64,000 bases of DNA from the human T2T-CHM13v2.0 reference genome, Homo sapiens: assembly GCF_009914755.1 (NCBI RefSeq), contig NC_060941.1; one strand, 5' to 3'. The notes below the pieces were generated by a model. The model saw only the letters and a list, made by a program, of their open reading frames with translations, ran no database searches and was not told the origin of the DNA. The position numbers and the translations under genes are program-made. The stretch's first letter is position 1. Each line of letters opens with the position of its first letter. This document shows, in pieces, positions 63,540-64,000 of the stretch.

Positions 63540-63972
63540 GTATGTGGACGATGACCACCCACCCCTCACACCTCAGTCCTAGGTTCTTCCCTGGGCAGGG
63601 AATAGGACTAGTATCAGAATGAGTTGGAGTCAAATACTGTGATGCATACAGCATCTCTAACCTTATCCCAGACATTTGCCAGTGAGAAACAATACAAGTA
63701 AAGAAAGTGGCTTCTCACTCTCAGCTCCCTTTCCAGCTATCATTTTACATCTCAGTTCGTTCCTTCATCCTGGAACCAAGAGAGATTCACTTGGGCTACC
63801 AAAAAGAGCTGCTTCTCTGAGTCCCCTTCCTTTGTTTTATCTTCTTCCTTCATCCCTGAGGCATCCCCATCAGCTAGGCTGATGGGCTAGACAGATTTCC
63901 CATAGACTTGGTCACACTCCCAGGCTGAACCCTCAAGGTGTTCCATCTGACTGTCTCCTTTCTGCTCCACAG

Positions 63973-64000
63973 CTTCAAGACCAAACTGGACAAGGAGATC
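63973..64000 (+). CDS. CCL7: CCL7 coding exon 3, partial (runs off the window)
   Basis: Acceptor ctccacag|C, then FKTKLDKEI. Same splice phase as CCL2 exon 3. Confidence 0.97.

Noticed and set aside
63391-63582. [23 protein letters not shown]... as a separate chemokine
   Set aside because: It is CCL7 exon 2 read through the flanking intron sequence.

Overview
Human genomic DNA at the start of the chr17q12 MCP/eotaxin CC-chemokine cluster, recognised from the encoded proteins. It holds the complete CCL2 (MCP-1) gene on + (three coding exons, 47627-49104, 99 aa) and most of CCL7 (MCP-3) on + (62567 onward, exon 3 cut by the window end). The 47 kb upstream of CCL2 has no supportable protein-coding gene. 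It is a patchwork of nested retroelements (old L1M host, a full-length dead L1PA5/6-like element, L1PA7/8 and L1PA15/16-like fragments, MLT2, MER4, LTR8-family LTRs, L2/MIR, about 15 Alu-family SINEs) plus recognisable CCL2 regulatory elements: the twin NF-kB distal enhancer, proximal GAS/AP-1/GC box and a candidate -16 kb enhancer. Almost all ORFs in the supplied track are repeat-derived noise. I found no convincing new gene system. The most unusual signals are (i) a ~280-bp direct duplication flanking an L1 insertion that looks like a giant target-site duplication, (ii) a CCL2/CCL7 intron-1 block, partly MIR-like, that is more similar than coding exon 2 (possible gene conversion), (iii) templated-insertion and fold-back repair scars, and (iv) a natural D205G lesion in an otherwise open L1 endonuclease frame. 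Repeat subfamily names and SNP identities come from recalled consensus and context, not from a database search.
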